Numbered from the stretch's first letter, positions 46,845-57,170 are shown. The stretch is DNA of 64,000 bases from Bacteroidales bacterium (GCA_003249955.1 QKHS01000006.1:78917-142916); one strand, 5' to 3'. Numbers and translations are program-made. The notes: generated from the letters alone by a model not told the origin.

Positions 46845-48650
46845 TTATCTTCTTCCACCTGATGAACTACTACTTGAAGAACTACCTCCTGAACTTCTTG
46901 ATCCTCCTGAAGAACTGCTTCCTGAGCTTCGGCTTGAGCTACCGGAAGAGCTACTGCCGGAATAAGAACTTCCTGAACTTCTTGAACTACCGGAGTAAGA
47001 ACTACCCGAACTTCTGTTTGAGCTGCCGGAAGATGAACTGCCGGAACTTCTGTTTGAGCTACCGGAGTATGAACTACCTGAGCTTCTGTTTGAACTACCC
47101 GAAGAGCTACTGCCGGAATAAGAACTTCCTGAACTTCTTGAACTACCGGAAGAGCTGCTTCCTGAGTAAGAACTGCCGGATGTTCTGCCCGAGCTGGATG
47201 ATGGTCTTGTATAACTGTTGTTACCATTATAATTAGAAGAGCCTGAACTGTTTGATGGTCTGGTATAGCTGTGATTACCTGACTCTGAACTACCTCTGCT
47301 TGTAGCAGGCCTTGTTGTTGTTCCCGAAGTTGAGGTTCCGGTTCTGCCACTATTATTGCTTCCCGAATTCTCAGGTTTGTTTACATTATAATTGGTTCTT
47401 GAATTATATTCAGGTTTGTTGTATGTTTTTGACGAAGAATTGTCTGCGGGTTGCTTTTGTGTTGATGTGCTGTTGTTTCCTGTACGTCCGGACGGGTCAA
47501 CCTGAACAGATGATCCTGAATATGAACTTCTTCCTGAATTTCCTGAATTGTCGGTTTTTGCTGAAGAAGAATTCACATTAACTTTTGACGGTTCCTGATT
47601 ACGTGAGGAATTATCAGGTATTTTATCAGCAGCAGGTTTTTTATCATTTAAAGCAGCCGGGACACGTGAAGAATTATAAGGAGCCTTATCTCCCGAAGGG
47701 TTTTTATCTGTTGATACGTTTCCGCCATCCCTTCCTGAGTTTGAAACTGCTTCTACTGCGACAGGTCTTTTTTCCGAAGACACAACACCGTTACTTATAT
47801 TATCAGGAGTTCTTCCGTCTTTTGTGGTTTCCTGTACAGAAACGTTTGCTCCGCTGTAAGTTGAAGTAGTAATTGTATTGGATTCAGGAACACGCGGAGT
47901 GTCATTTGATGAAGATCCGTTTCCTCCTGAAGAACCTCTGTGCCCGTAGTATGTGTTATCAAAGCCATCATTGTGTGCATATCCGCCGCCACCGTTACTA
48001 TGCCAGTTGTTACCCCAGTAGCCATCATAATAACCGTCATGATAACCATTCCAGTAACCGTTCCAATAATTTCCGTAACCGTAACCATAATAAGGGTAAC
48101 CCCATGAATAGTAAGGAGAATACCATGAATAATAAGGAGTGTACCATCTGTTATAACCTACGTACCAGCCACCGTTCCAGGACCATCCCCAATCCCAGCA
48201 ATAAAAAGGATCGTAATAATAATATGGAACGTAACTGTGTCCGAAATTATGGAAATAAGATGAGTATCCGTAATATCCGCCATCGTCATAATAGTCTCCG
48301 TAGTAATAATTATTTTCGATATAATTTCCGTTATCGTCATAATAAGGATCATTTTCGTAACTACCTTCTTCTGTGTAGTAGCCATCATTATAATAGCCGT
48401 CATTATTACCGGAACCATCCTGGTAATAAGCCGTTTCTTCCGGATTCTCATTTCCGAATTCGGAATTATATGTTTCCTCATAAGTTGCTTTGTCGGCATC
48501 AACCTTGGAAACATCGTTTGTACCGGCCTGAATTTTGACTTCATCAGGCGAATAATACACATCGTCATAGCCGCCTGTCGTGTACAGATTTACTGTGCAG
48601 GAACTTGCCACAACCAAAATAATTAACGATAAATAAAATAAAGCTTTCAT
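46845..48650 (-). CDS. Extremely low-complexity lipoprotein (Tyr/Gly/Trp/Asn/Asp block, Ser/Asn/Thr linker, Ser/Gly/Arg/Tyr repeat tail)
   Basis: Start set at MKALFYLSLIILVVASSC (lipobox). The frame stays open through 1.8 kb of biased sequence. The gene ends 17 nt before the porin gene start. Confidence 0.6.
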   Translation of the reverse strand: MKALFYLSLIILVVASSCTVNLYTTGGYDDVYYSPDEVKIQAGTNDVSKVDADKATYEETYNSEFGNENPEETAYYQDGSGNNDGYYNDGYYTEEGSYENDPYYDDNGNYIENNYYYGDYYDDGGYYGYSSYFHNFGHSYVPYYYYDPFYCWDWGWSWNGGWYVGYNRWYTPYYSWYSPYYSWGYPYYGYGYGNYWNGYWNGYHDGYYDGYWGNNWHSNGGGGYAHNDGFDNTYYGHRGSSGGNGSSSNDTPRVPESNTITTSTYSGANVSVQETTKDGRTPDNISNGVVSSEKRPVAVEAVSNSGRDGGNVSTDKNPSGDKAPYNSSRVPAALNDKKPAADKIPDNSSRNQEPSKVNVNSSSAKTDNSGNSGRSSYSGSSVQVDPSGRTGNNSTSTQKQPADNSSSKTYNKPEYNSRTNYNVNKPENSGSNNSGRTGTSTSGTTTRPATSRGSSESGNHSYTRPSNSSGSSNYNGNNSYTRPSSSSGRTSGSSYSGSSSSGSSRSSGSSYSGSSSSGSSNRSSGSSYSGSSNRSSGSSSSGSSNRSSGSSYSGSSRSSGSSYSGSSSSGSSSRSSGSSSSGGSRSSGGSSSSSSSSGGRR

Positions 48651-48732
48651 GATATTATGAATTTTTATAGTTTTGAACCAAAATTTTTTAAAAGAACTTG
48701 ACAGTTTTACAGCAAATTTCATACCAAATAAT

Positions 48733-50205
48733 ATGGCAAAAGTACTTACAGACAGGGAAGAAAACTACTCACAATGGTACAATGATTTAGTAATAAAAGC
48801 CGACCTTGCAGAGAACTCTGCAGTGAGAGGATGTATGGTTATAAAACCTTACGGATACAGCATTTGGGAAAAAATGCAGTCCGTTCTGGATGGCATGTTT
48901 AAAGAGACAGGTCATGTTAATGCATATTTCCCTCTGTTTATTCCGAAATCATTTTTCAGCAAAGAAGCGAATCACGTTGAGGGGTTTGCAAAAGAATGTG
49001 CTGTTGTGACTCATTACAGGTTAAGAAACAGTGAAAAAGGTGGTATTGAGGTAGATCCCAACGCAAAATTAGAAGAAGAACTGATTGTTCGTCCGACATC
49101 CGAAACAATAATCTGGAATACCTATAAAAATTGGGTTAAGTCATACAGAGACCTGCCAATACTTGTAAATCAATGGGCAAATGTTGTAAGATGGGAAATG
49201 CGTACCCGCCTGTTTTTAAGAACTGCCGAATTTTTATGGCAGGAAGGGCATACTGCACATGCCAGCAAAGAAGAAGCTCTGATTGAAGCTGAAAAAATGA
49301 TAAATGTTTACGCAACATTTGCAAAAGAATATCTTGCTATGCCGGTAATGATCGGAACAAAGTCTGAGAATGAACGATTTGCAGGCGCAGATGAAACTTA
49401 TTGTATAGAAGCATTAATGCAGGACGGCAAAGCATTGCAGGCCGGCACATCTCATTTTCTGGCTCAGAATTTTGCAAAAGCTTTTGATGTTAAGTTTTTG
49501 AATAAAGAAAACAAAGAGGAATATGTCTGGGCTACTTCATGGGGCGTTTCTACCAGATTGATGGGTGCTTTGGTGATGGCACATTCTGACAATAACGGAC
49601 TTGTATTACCTCCAAAACTTGCACCTTTCCAGGTCGTTATCGTTCCTATTTACAAAAACGATGAAGAATTTTCAAAAATTTCTGAACGCGTGAAATTAAT
49701 GTGCGAAAAGCTAAAAGAAAAAAACATAAGGTATAAATTCGATGACAGAGATTCCCAGCGTCCGGGATTTAAATTCGCGGAATGGGAATTAAAAGGGGTT
49801 CCTGTGAGAATTGCAATCGGACCTAAGGATTACGAAAACAACACATGGGAAGTAGCACGCCGGGATACTCTTGAAAAAGAAATTATTGCTGATGCTGATC
49901 TTATTGAAAAAATCGGGTTTTTGATGACTGATATTCAGGAAAACATTTACAATAAAGCATTTCAATTCCGTAAAGAGCATACTTTTAAAGCTGACACATA
50001 CGAAGAGTTCAAAAATATTCTGGAAAACAATCCTGGTTTTATTGAGGCTCATTGGGACGGAACACGCGAGACTGAGGAAAAAATTAAAGAAGAAACCAAA
50101 GCTACAATAAGGCTTATTCCTCAAAACCCGGTTATGGAAGAAGGTAAATGTATTTATTCCGGGAAACCATCAAAATTCAGAGTTATTTTTGCAAAATCAT
50201 ACTAA
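48733..50205 (+). CDS. proS: Proline--tRNA ligase (archaeal/eukaryotic type)
   Basis: Motifs [52 protein letters not shown] and [30 protein letters not shown]. Start set at the ATG at 48733. Confidence 0.9.
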   Translation: MAKVLTDREENYSQWYNDLVIKADLAENSAVRGCMVIKPYGYSIWEKMQSVLDGMFKETGHVNAYFPLFIPKSFFSKEANHVEGFAKECAVVTHYRLRNSEKGGIEVDPNAKLEEELIVRPTSETIIWNTYKNWVKSYRDLPILVNQWANVVRWEMRTRLFLRTAEFLWQEGHTAHASKEEALIEAEKMINVYATFAKEYLAMPVMIGTKSENERFAGADETYCIEALMQDGKALQAGTSHFLAQNFAKAFDVKFLNKENKEEYVWATSWGVSTRLMGALVMAHSDNNGLVLPPKLAPFQVVIVPIYKNDEEFSKISERVKLMCEKLKEKNIRYKFDDRDSQRPGFKFAEWELKGVPVRIAIGPKDYENNTWEVARRDTLEKEIIADADLIEKIGFLMTDIQENIYNKAFQFRKEHTFKADTYEEFKNILENNPGFIEAHWDGTRETEEKIKEETKATIRLIPQNPVMEEGKCIYSGKPSKFRVIFAKSY

Positions 50206-50215
50206 TAAATAAATT

Positions 50216-50935
50216 ATGGACGATCAAAAAACGACAAAACAACATATTATTGACACTCTTAAAGAAAAATCTGTATTAAAACAAGTTGTCTATGACCAGA
50301 CAAAAGAGACTTTCAGAATACTGAAAAAGGTTTTGCAGGATATTGTATTAGAGTATAATGAAGAAATTTCAAGCGAAGACGAAAGAGTTCTGCTGGAATT
50401 CCGTGATCGTGGGGTTTTCGAAGCTGAAGTAAAAATCGCAGGAGACCTTATAATCTTCAATATGCATTCGAATATTTTTGAATTTCCAAGAAATCATGAA
50501 ATATGGAAAGACAATTATTATGTGGAAGAACCTCTTATGACGTATTCAGGAATTATAAACATCTACAACTTTCTTGCGGATTCGTTCAAGTACAACAGAC
50601 TGGACGATTTAGGCTACCTTATAGGAAGAATGTTTATTAATAAAGATGCAACGTTTTTCATTGAAGGAAGACGCGAGTTGGGCTTTAACTTCCCGTCATT
50701 CGGGAAGAACAAGGTTACTCCTGAAAATATGCGTGAACTTGTTGAATCTACAATTGCATATGCTCTCAAATTTGACTTGCTGGTTCCTCCGTACAATGAT
50801 ATTAAAATAATATCTGTAGAATACATGAAGGAAAAAATAAACAAGCATCAGGTTCAGACAGGAAAACGTTTAGGATTTCAATACAATGCAATTGACGAAT
50901 CTGGTCCTTCTGACAGATCAAAACACACAAAATAA
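50216..50935 (+). CDS. Hypothetical protein (239 aa) downstream of proS
   Basis: A clean ORF 10 nt after the proS stop. No motif recognised. Confidence 0.45.
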   Translation: MDDQKTTKQHIIDTLKEKSVLKQVVYDQTKETFRILKKVLQDIVLEYNEEISSEDERVLLEFRDRGVFEAEVKIAGDLIIFNMHSNIFEFPRNHEIWKDNYYVEEPLMTYSGIINIYNFLADSFKYNRLDDLGYLIGRMFINKDATFFIEGRRELGFNFPSFGKNKVTPENMRELVESTIAYALKFDLLVPPYNDIKIISVEYMKEKINKHQVQTGKRLGFQYNAIDESGPSDRSKHTK

Positions 50936-51069
50936 AAACATGACTAATATCATTCTTTGAATATAGGAATGCCTGTTTTTATCAAATCTTATCTTTAATA
51001 TTACAATATCTATGTTATTAAACAATTAAAAAACTGTTAGTTTATTGTTTTTCATTAATAATAAGTCAT

Positions 51070-51077
51070 TAATTTTG
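51070..51077 (+). promoter_or_regulatory. Bacteroidota-type -7 promoter box TAATTTTG
   Basis: Exact TAnnTTTG match 28 nt upstream of the korA ATG. Confidence 0.4.
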
Positions 51078-51104
51078 TCCCGAAAAACCATAACTTAAAA
51101 AATA

Positions 51105-52964
51105 ATGGGTAATAATCCGAAGAAAGTAATCGAATTAGAAGATGTTGTTGTAAAATTTGCCGGAGACTCCGGCGATGGGATGCAATTGACCGGGACCCAG
51201 TTTTCCGATGCATCAGCCTCATTAGGCAACGATTTATTAACTTTTCCTGACTATCCGTCGGAAATCAGAGCCCCTCAGGGAACTGTTGCCGGAGTATCGG
51301 GATTTCAGGTACACATAGGGCAAAAAGAGATTCAGACTCCGGGAGATCTGGCGGATGTACTTATAGCACTAAATCCGGCAGCCCTGAAGACAAACATGAA
51401 ATGGGTAAAGCAGGGAGCAACAATTATCATTGATATTGATAATTTTGATAACAAGCATTACAAAAAAGCTGAATATGTTGAAGATCCTCTTAGTGATGGC
51501 TCTCTTAGCGGGTTTACAGTTATTAAGGCTCCTATTACTTCATTATCAAGATCTACTGTAAATTCTCTTGACATGGGAATTGATCAGAAAACTGCTGACA
51601 AAACCAGAAATCAGTTCGTAATGGGATTACTTTTCTGGTTGTTTAACAGGGATGTAACTATAGGTGAGGATTTCATCAATAAAAAATTCTCAAAGAAACC
51701 AGACCTGATAAAAGTTAATCACGCGGTTTTGCATGCAGGATATAACTATGCTGAAACTGTTGAAGCTATTGCTACTCAATTTCACATTAATCCGGCAAAA
51801 AACAAAAAAGGAAGATTCAGACAAATAACAGGAAACGTTGCTACTGCATGGGGATTGATAGCCGGAGCAGAAAAGGCAGGATTAAATCTTTTCCTTGGTT
51901 CATATCCAATTACCCCGGCAACGGAAATATTACAGGAACTTAGTAACCGTAAACATTTAGGTGTAAAAACATTTCAGGCAGAAGATGAAATTGCTGGTAT
52001 TTGTACCGCTATTGGTGCCAGTTTTGGAGGGTCTTTAGGTGCTACTTCAACATCCGGCCCGGGCTTGGCATTGAAAACCGAAGCTGCAGGTCTTGCAGTA
52101 ATTACAGAATTACCGTTGGTTATTGTTAATGTTCAGCGTGGCGGACCATCAACCGGATTACCTACAAAAACAGAACAAAGCGACTTAATGCAGGCAATTC
52201 ACGGTCGTCACGGAGAATCTCCGTTACCTGTAATTGCAGCAAGTTCTCCCGGAAATTGCTTTAATTATGCTTACGAAGCATGCAGAATTGCGGTAGAGCA
52301 TATGACTCCGGTAATTTTACTCACTGACGGATATCTGGCTAACGGAACTGAATTATGGAAAATTCCTGACTTTGACAAAATTCCTTCAATAAATACGCCT
52401 CTGGTAAAAGACAATGATCCTGATTATCAGCCATACCGCAGAGACCCTGAAAAACTAAACCGTTTTTGGGCTGTGCCGGGTCAGGAAGGATTGCAACACA
52501 GAATAGGCGGACTTGAAAAATCAGATATTTACGGACAGGTTTCTCATGATCCTTATAATCATCAGGTTATGAGTAACAACAGAGCCGAAAAGATAAAACG
52601 GGTTGAGAACTATATTCCTGAACAGGAAATAATCGGGAATAAAGATGGCGGAGAACTTCTGATTATTGGCTGGGGCGGAACTTACGGAGCTTTGAATTCT
52701 GCAGTAAAAGAATTACGCAACGAGGGTTACGATATAAGTCTGGCACAATTCAATTATATTTTCCCTCTTCCCAAAAACACTGAGGAAGTTTTCGCAAAAT
52801 TTAAAAAACGTTTGGTTTGTGAATTAAACATGGGACAATTTGCTGAATATTTGCGTTCTCAGTTACCGCAATATTCTTATGATCAGTTTAACAAAATTCA
52901 GGGCCTTCCGTTTTTTATCAGTGAGTTAAAAACCAAATTCAAACAAATATTAGAGGAGAAATAA
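51105..52964 (+). CDS. korA: 2-oxoacid:ferredoxin oxidoreductase, alpha subunit (fused gamma-alpha)
   Basis: The N-terminus is VKFAGDSGDGMQLTGTQF...FPDYPSEIRAP (gamma domain). The alpha-domain motifs GSYPITPATEIL and TSTSGPGLALK follow. Confidence 0.9.
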   Translation: MGNNPKKVIELEDVVVKFAGDSGDGMQLTGTQFSDASASLGNDLLTFPDYPSEIRAPQGTVAGVSGFQVHIGQKEIQTPGDLADVLIALNPAALKTNMKWVKQGATIIIDIDNFDNKHYKKAEYVEDPLSDGSLSGFTVIKAPITSLSRSTVNSLDMGIDQKTADKTRNQFVMGLLFWLFNRDVTIGEDFINKKFSKKPDLIKVNHAVLHAGYNYAETVEAIATQFHINPAKNKKGRFRQITGNVATAWGLIAGAEKAGLNLFLGSYPITPATEILQELSNRKHLGVKTFQAEDEIAGICTAIGASFGGSLGATSTSGPGLALKTEAAGLAVITELPLVIVNVQRGGPSTGLPTKTEQSDLMQAIHGRHGESPLPVIAASSPGNCFNYAYEACRIAVEHMTPVILLTDGYLANGTELWKIPDFDKIPSINTPLVKDNDPDYQPYRRDPEKLNRFWAVPGQEGLQHRIGGLEKSDIYGQVSHDPYNHQVMSNNRAEKIKRVENYIPEQEIIGNKDGGELLIIGWGGTYGALNSAVKELRNEGYDISLAQFNYIFPLPKNTEEVFAKFKKRLVCELNMGQFAEYLRSQLPQYSYDQFNKIQGLPFFISELKTKFKQILEEK

Positions 52965-52966
52965 TC

Positions 52967-53986
52967 ATGACACAGGCAAATACAAAACTTACCAGAGCAG
53001 ATTTTCAGATTGACGGTCCGGTTAAATGGTGTGCCGGTTGTGGTGGTTATCCTATTCTTGCAGCCGTTCAGAAAGCATTACCGGAAACAGGTGTAACAAA
53101 AGAAAATGTAGTTTTTGTGTCCGGTATCGGATGCTCTTCCAGATTTCCTTATTACATGGAAACATATGGTTTTCATACACTTCACGGAAGAGCAGCAGCT
53201 ATAGCTTCAGGATTAAAAGCTGCTCGTCCTGATCTTCATGTATGGATTGCTACCGGTGACGGCGACTCTATGGCTATAGGCGGAAATCATTTTATCCACA
53301 TGATTCGCAGAAATATTGATCTGAACGTAATGATTTTCAACAATCGTATTTATGGTTTAACAAAAGGTCAGTACTCTCCTACCACACCACTTGGCTCTGT
53401 CACAAAAACATCTCCGGACGGTACTATAGAAAAAGCTTTCGAACCGGGAGAACTTGTTATGGGAGCACAGGGTACTTTCTTTGCCCGTGTAATTGACAAA
53501 GAACCTAAAGGTATGGAAGAAGTGTTTATTGATGCTGCATTACATAAAGGGACTTCCGTAATTGAAGTATTACAAAACTGTGTGATCTTTAATGATGCTA
53601 CTCATGAAAACATTGTCGGAAAAGAAGTCAGAGATGACAGAATTATTTTGCTTAAGCATGGTGAAAAAATGGTATTCGGTAAGGATCTCAACAAAGGATT
53701 AGTATTCGACGGCGAAGAAATTAAAGTTGTAACAATCGGAGAAAACGGAGTAAGTATGGACGATATTCTTGTTCATAATCAAACTACAAAAAATCCGAAT
53801 ATGCATTACATGCTTGCAAGAATGACTTACCCTGAACATCCTGTTGCAATAGGTGTTATAAGAGCTGTGGAACAGGCAACTTATGACTCTATGTTAACTG
53901 AACAGGTTGAGCATGCAATGGAAAACACCAATATTAAGAATGTGAAAGATTTGCTGAATAGCGGCAAGACTTTTGAAATTAAATAA
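52967..53986 (+). CDS. korB: 2-oxoacid:ferredoxin oxidoreductase, beta subunit (TPP-binding)
   Basis: Motifs WCAGCGGYPIL, SGIGCSSRFPYY, ATGDGDSMAIGGNH and NNRIYGLTKGQ. Confidence 0.9.
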   Translation: MTQANTKLTRADFQIDGPVKWCAGCGGYPILAAVQKALPETGVTKENVVFVSGIGCSSRFPYYMETYGFHTLHGRAAAIASGLKAARPDLHVWIATGDGDSMAIGGNHFIHMIRRNIDLNVMIFNNRIYGLTKGQYSPTTPLGSVTKTSPDGTIEKAFEPGELVMGAQGTFFARVIDKEPKGMEEVFIDAALHKGTSVIEVLQNCVIFNDATHENIVGKEVRDDRIILLKHGEKMVFGKDLNKGLVFDGEEIKVVTIGENGVSMDDILVHNQTTKNPNMHYMLARMTYPEHPVAIGVIRAVEQATYDSMLTEQVEHAMENTNIKNVKDLLNSGKTFEIK

Positions 53987-54014
53987 AAAAAAGCGGGTTA
54001 ACCCGCTTTTTTTT
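53985..54014. terminator. Bidirectional rho-independent terminator
   Basis: The palindrome gcgggttaacccgc (53993-54006) is flanked by an A-run and a T-run, between convergent korB and fabD. Confidence 0.85.
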
Positions 54015-54029
54015 ACAATATATTTTTAA

Positions 54030-54908
54030 TTATTGAACTCCTTCTGTTGTCATGTTTCTGTCAATTTTATTTACCAGACCCTGCAATACATTTCCGGGTC
54101 CTACCTCGATAAAATGCTTTGCTCCGTAAGCTATCATATTCTGAACAGAAAGTGTCCATCTTACAGGACTTGTTAACTGTTTAATAAGATTCTCACGAAT
54201 AGACTCGGGATTTGTATTAGGATTTCCGTCAACATTCTGGAATATCGGGCAAACCGGTGTTTTAAAATTAGTTTCGTTAATTGCAACACTTAATTCTTCA
54301 CGTGCCGGTTCCATAAGTGGTGAATGAAATGCTCCGCCAACAGGTAACTTTATTGCACGTTTTGCTCCGGCTTCCTTCATTTTTTCCATCGCGATATCAA
54401 TACCGGCATTTGAGCCTGAAATAACAACCTGTCCGGGTGAATTATAGTTAGCTGCAACAACAACCTCATCTATTTCTTCGCATATTCTGTCAATTACATC
54501 AAAATCAAGATTAAGAATTGCGGCCATTGATGAAGGATTTTTCTCGCAGGCTTTCTGCATTGCCAATGCACGTTTGTAAACTAATTTTAAACCATCTTCG
54601 AAACTAAGTGCCCCGGCAGCAACCAAAGCAGAAAATTCACCCAGTGAATGACCTGCAACCATATTGGGTTGTGGCGGTTCTTCCATACACATGTAGGTAA
54701 TAACTGAATGTAAAAATATAGATGGCTGTGTTACTTTGGTTTGTTTCAAATCTTCGTCTGTCCCGTTAAAAATGACATCGGTAATTCTGTAACCTAAAAT
54801 TTCATTGGCTTTCTCAAATAATTCTTTTGCTTTTGGATTTGAATCATACAATTCTTTCCCCATTCCAACAAATTGAGACCCTTGTCCCGGAAATACATAA
54901 GCTTTCAT
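54030..54908 (-). CDS. fabD: Malonyl-CoA:ACP transacylase
   Basis: Motifs FPGQGSQFVGMG, GHSLGEFSA and GAFHSPLM. Confidence 0.95.
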   Translation of the reverse strand: MKAYVFPGQGSQFVGMGKELYDSNPKAKELFEKANEILGYRITDVIFNGTDEDLKQTKVTQPSIFLHSVITYMCMEEPPQPNMVAGHSLGEFSALVAAGALSFEDGLKLVYKRALAMQKACEKNPSSMAAILNLDFDVIDRICEEIDEVVVAANYNSPGQVVISGSNAGIDIAMEKMKEAGAKRAIKLPVGGAFHSPLMEPAREELSVAINETNFKTPVCPIFQNVDGNPNTNPESIRENLIKQLTSPVRWTLSVQNMIAYGAKHFIEVGPGNVLQGLVNKIDRNMTTEGVQ

Positions 54909-54920
54909 AATTGTTTGTTT

Positions 54921-55547
54921 TTATAGTTTATTTCTGTCTATCAGTGATAAAAATTCTTTTCTGGTTGCATCCTTAAGAAATGCCCCTGTAAAATCTGAAG
55001 TTGTGGTAATAGAATTCTGTTTCTGTACTCCACGCATCTGCATGCACATATGATGAGCCTCAATAACAACTGCGACTCCCAAAGGATTCAAAGTATTTTG
55101 AATACAATCTTTTATCTGGGTCGTCAATCTTTCCTGAACCTGTAAGCGGCGTGCATAAACATCAACAACTCTTGCAATTTTACTTAACCCGGTAATATAA
55201 TGATTGGGAATGTATGCAACATGCGCTTTACCGTAAAAAGGCAACATATGATGCTCGCACATACTGTACAGTTCTATATCTTTTACAATTACCATCTGGC
55301 GGTAATCTTCACGAAACATTGCAGATTTAAGAATATCTTCAGGGCTCATAGAATATCCTTGTGTAAGGAACTGCATTGCTTTAGAAACTCTTTTGGGGGT
55401 TTGCAACAATCCTTCTCTATTAATATCTTCTCCAAGCAGTGAAATTATTCCGGCATAATGCGCTGCAATCTTCTCTGTCTTTTCTTTATTATATTTCTCT
55501 GTCTTTACATATCCTCCGTTTTCCGGATTGTTTAAAGAATCTTCCAT
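54921..55547 (-). CDS. folE: GTP cyclohydrolase I
   Basis: Motifs [20 protein letters not shown] and EAHHMCM. Confidence 0.95.
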   Translation of the reverse strand: MEDSLNNPENGGYVKTEKYNKEKTEKIAAHYAGIISLLGEDINREGLLQTPKRVSKAMQFLTQGYSMSPEDILKSAMFREDYRQMVIVKDIELYSMCEHHMLPFYGKAHVAYIPNHYITGLSKIARVVDVYARRLQVQERLTTQIKDCIQNTLNPLGVAVVIEAHHMCMQMRGVQKQNSITTTSDFTGAFLKDATRKEFLSLIDRNKL

Positions 55548-55614
55548 TTCAATATTTTTTGCAAATTAAACAAAAATTACTCAAATTAAGTTTATTTTTG
55601 TTGAAACATCTTTT

Positions 55615-56271
55615 ATGAAATTACTGATTGTAACGGCTACAAAGATTGAAGCAGAAGAGTTTATCTCAGGTTTAGGCCTCCGGGAAATTTCCACTGCTTT
55701 CTATTCCGGAAAGGAAACCGAAACCGATTTGCTGATAACAGGCATAGGTATTCCGGCTACAATATTTTCAATGTTTGCAAATGTGGAAATAAGAACTTAC
55801 GATCTTATTATCAATGCCGGTATTGCCGGAAGTTTTTCAGAATCAATCCCGACCGGAACTGTCATTAATGTTTATTCAGACTTCTTTGGAGATATCGGGT
55901 TAAACTCCGAAAACGGATTTTTACCAATATTTAAATCTAAATTCAACGATCAGTTTAAAAATCTGGTAAATAACGGATGCATTTACAACACCTCGGACTA
56001 TCCTGCATTTTTCAGAAACCTGCAAAAAGTAAACGCCGTAACGGTAAATATTCCTGAGATAAAAACCTACGCTGACACTGACATTGAAACAATGGAAGGA
56101 TCTGCTTTTATGCTTGTCTGTAAACATTTTAAGAAGAATTTCATTCAGATAAGAGGGATATCTAATATTATCGGGTTGACAAAACGTGAGGACTGGGATA
56201 TTAAGCTCCCTATAAGTAAATATAGTGTGTTGATAACTGAATTTGTAAAAAGACTGAAGCCCGAAGTCTGA
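55615..56271 (+). CDS. mqnB: Futalosine hydrolase-like nucleosidase (PNP/UDP family)
   Basis: Motifs MKLLIVTATKIEAEEF, ITGIGIPAT, NAGIAGSF and ETMEGSAFMLVC...IQIRGISNIIG. It is adjacent to mqnD. Confidence 0.7.
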   Translation: MKLLIVTATKIEAEEFISGLGLREISTAFYSGKETETDLLITGIGIPATIFSMFANVEIRTYDLIINAGIAGSFSESIPTGTVINVYSDFFGDIGLNSENGFLPIFKSKFNDQFKNLVNNGCIYNTSDYPAFFRNLQKVNAVTVNIPEIKTYADTDIETMEGSAFMLVCKHFKKNFIQIRGISNIIGLTKREDWDIKLPISKYSVLITEFVKRLKPEV

Positions 56272-56310
56272 AGTAAGGTGGTTAGAAATCTTATACCTTG
56301 AACTTCAGAC
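56266..56310 (+). repeat. Intercistronic hairpin built from GAAGTCTGAAGT words
   Basis: gtctgaagt (56266-56274) pairs with acttcagac (56302-56310). aaggt (56275-56279) pairs with acctt (56295-56299). The mqnB stop codon TGA (56269-56271) lies inside the stem. Confidence 0.7.
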
Positions 56311-56339
56311 AGATCATCGTACGACATAAAATAAAAAAA

Positions 56340-57170
56340 ATGAAACTAAAACTTGCAATATCATCCTGCCCGAACGACACTTTTATGTTCGATGCGATTA
56401 TCAACAAAAAAATTGATACCGGAAACTATTCTTTTGATTTGCATATTGCTGATGTTGAACAACTTAACAAAATGGCATTTAATGCAGAAAGTGATATTTC
56501 AAAAATCAGTTTCCATTCATTTTTCAAAGTAATTGAAAATTACCAGTTACTGAATTCCGGCTCGGCACTTGGTAAAAATTGCGGCCCGTTAATTATCAGT
56601 AAGCGTAAAATATATCAGGATGAGCTTTCTGATTGTAAAATTGCCATCCCGGGTGAAAATACCACTGCAAACATGTTGATGCATATTTTTTTTCCTGAAG
56701 CGACTAACAAAAAGGCTTATCTTTTCTCGGACATTGAAGATGTGGTTTTATCAGGCGAATGTGATGCAGGACTGGTAATTCATGAAACGAGATTTACCTA
56801 CGAAAAAAGAGGACTTAAGCTTATCGCAGATTTGGGAAATCTCTGGGAAATGAAATTCAATTTGCCTATTCCGCTGGGAGGAATTGCTATTAAACGAGAT
56901 CTGTCCGAAAAAGTAAAATCGGATATTAATGATATTCTGAAATCAAGTATTGAATTTGCTTTTGCAAATCCAGGATCTGCAATGAATTTTATGAAACGCC
57001 ATGCTGTTGAACTCAACGAAGATATCATCAATAAGCACGTTGCTCTTTATGTCAACAACTTTTCTGTTGATTTAGGTTATGAAGGAAAAAAATCCGTTGA
57101 AAAGCTGATGGATGAATATAGAAAAACAAATAAAGACATTCCTGAATCATCCCCGCTTTTTGTAAAATAG
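56340..57170 (+). CDS. mqnD: 1,4-dihydroxy-6-naphthoate synthase (futalosine pathway)
   Basis: The sequence MKLKLAISSCPNDTFMFDAIINKKIDT...LLNSGSALGKNCGPLIIS matches the MqnD pattern. Start set at the ATG at 56340. Confidence 0.85.
   Translation: MKLKLAISSCPNDTFMFDAIINKKIDTGNYSFDLHIADVEQLNKMAFNAESDISKISFHSFFKVIENYQLLNSGSALGKNCGPLIISKRKIYQDELSDCKIAIPGENTTANMLMHIFFPEATNKKAYLFSDIEDVVLSGECDAGLVIHETRFTYEKRGLKLIADLGNLWEMKFNLPIPLGGIAIKRDLSEKVKSDINDILKSSIEFAFANPGSAMNFMKRHAVELNEDIINKHVALYVNNFSVDLGYEGKKSVEKLMDEYRKTNKDIPESSPLFVK

Noticed and set aside
46838-48568. Multiple long ORFs in other frames and on the + strand across the low-complexity gene (46838..47350, 46862..47236, 47873..48538, 48158..48568 and others).
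   Set aside because: These are typical shadow ORFs of codon-repetitive sequence. Only the 46845..48650 frame has a signal peptide/lipobox and is contiguous with the downstream porin gene.
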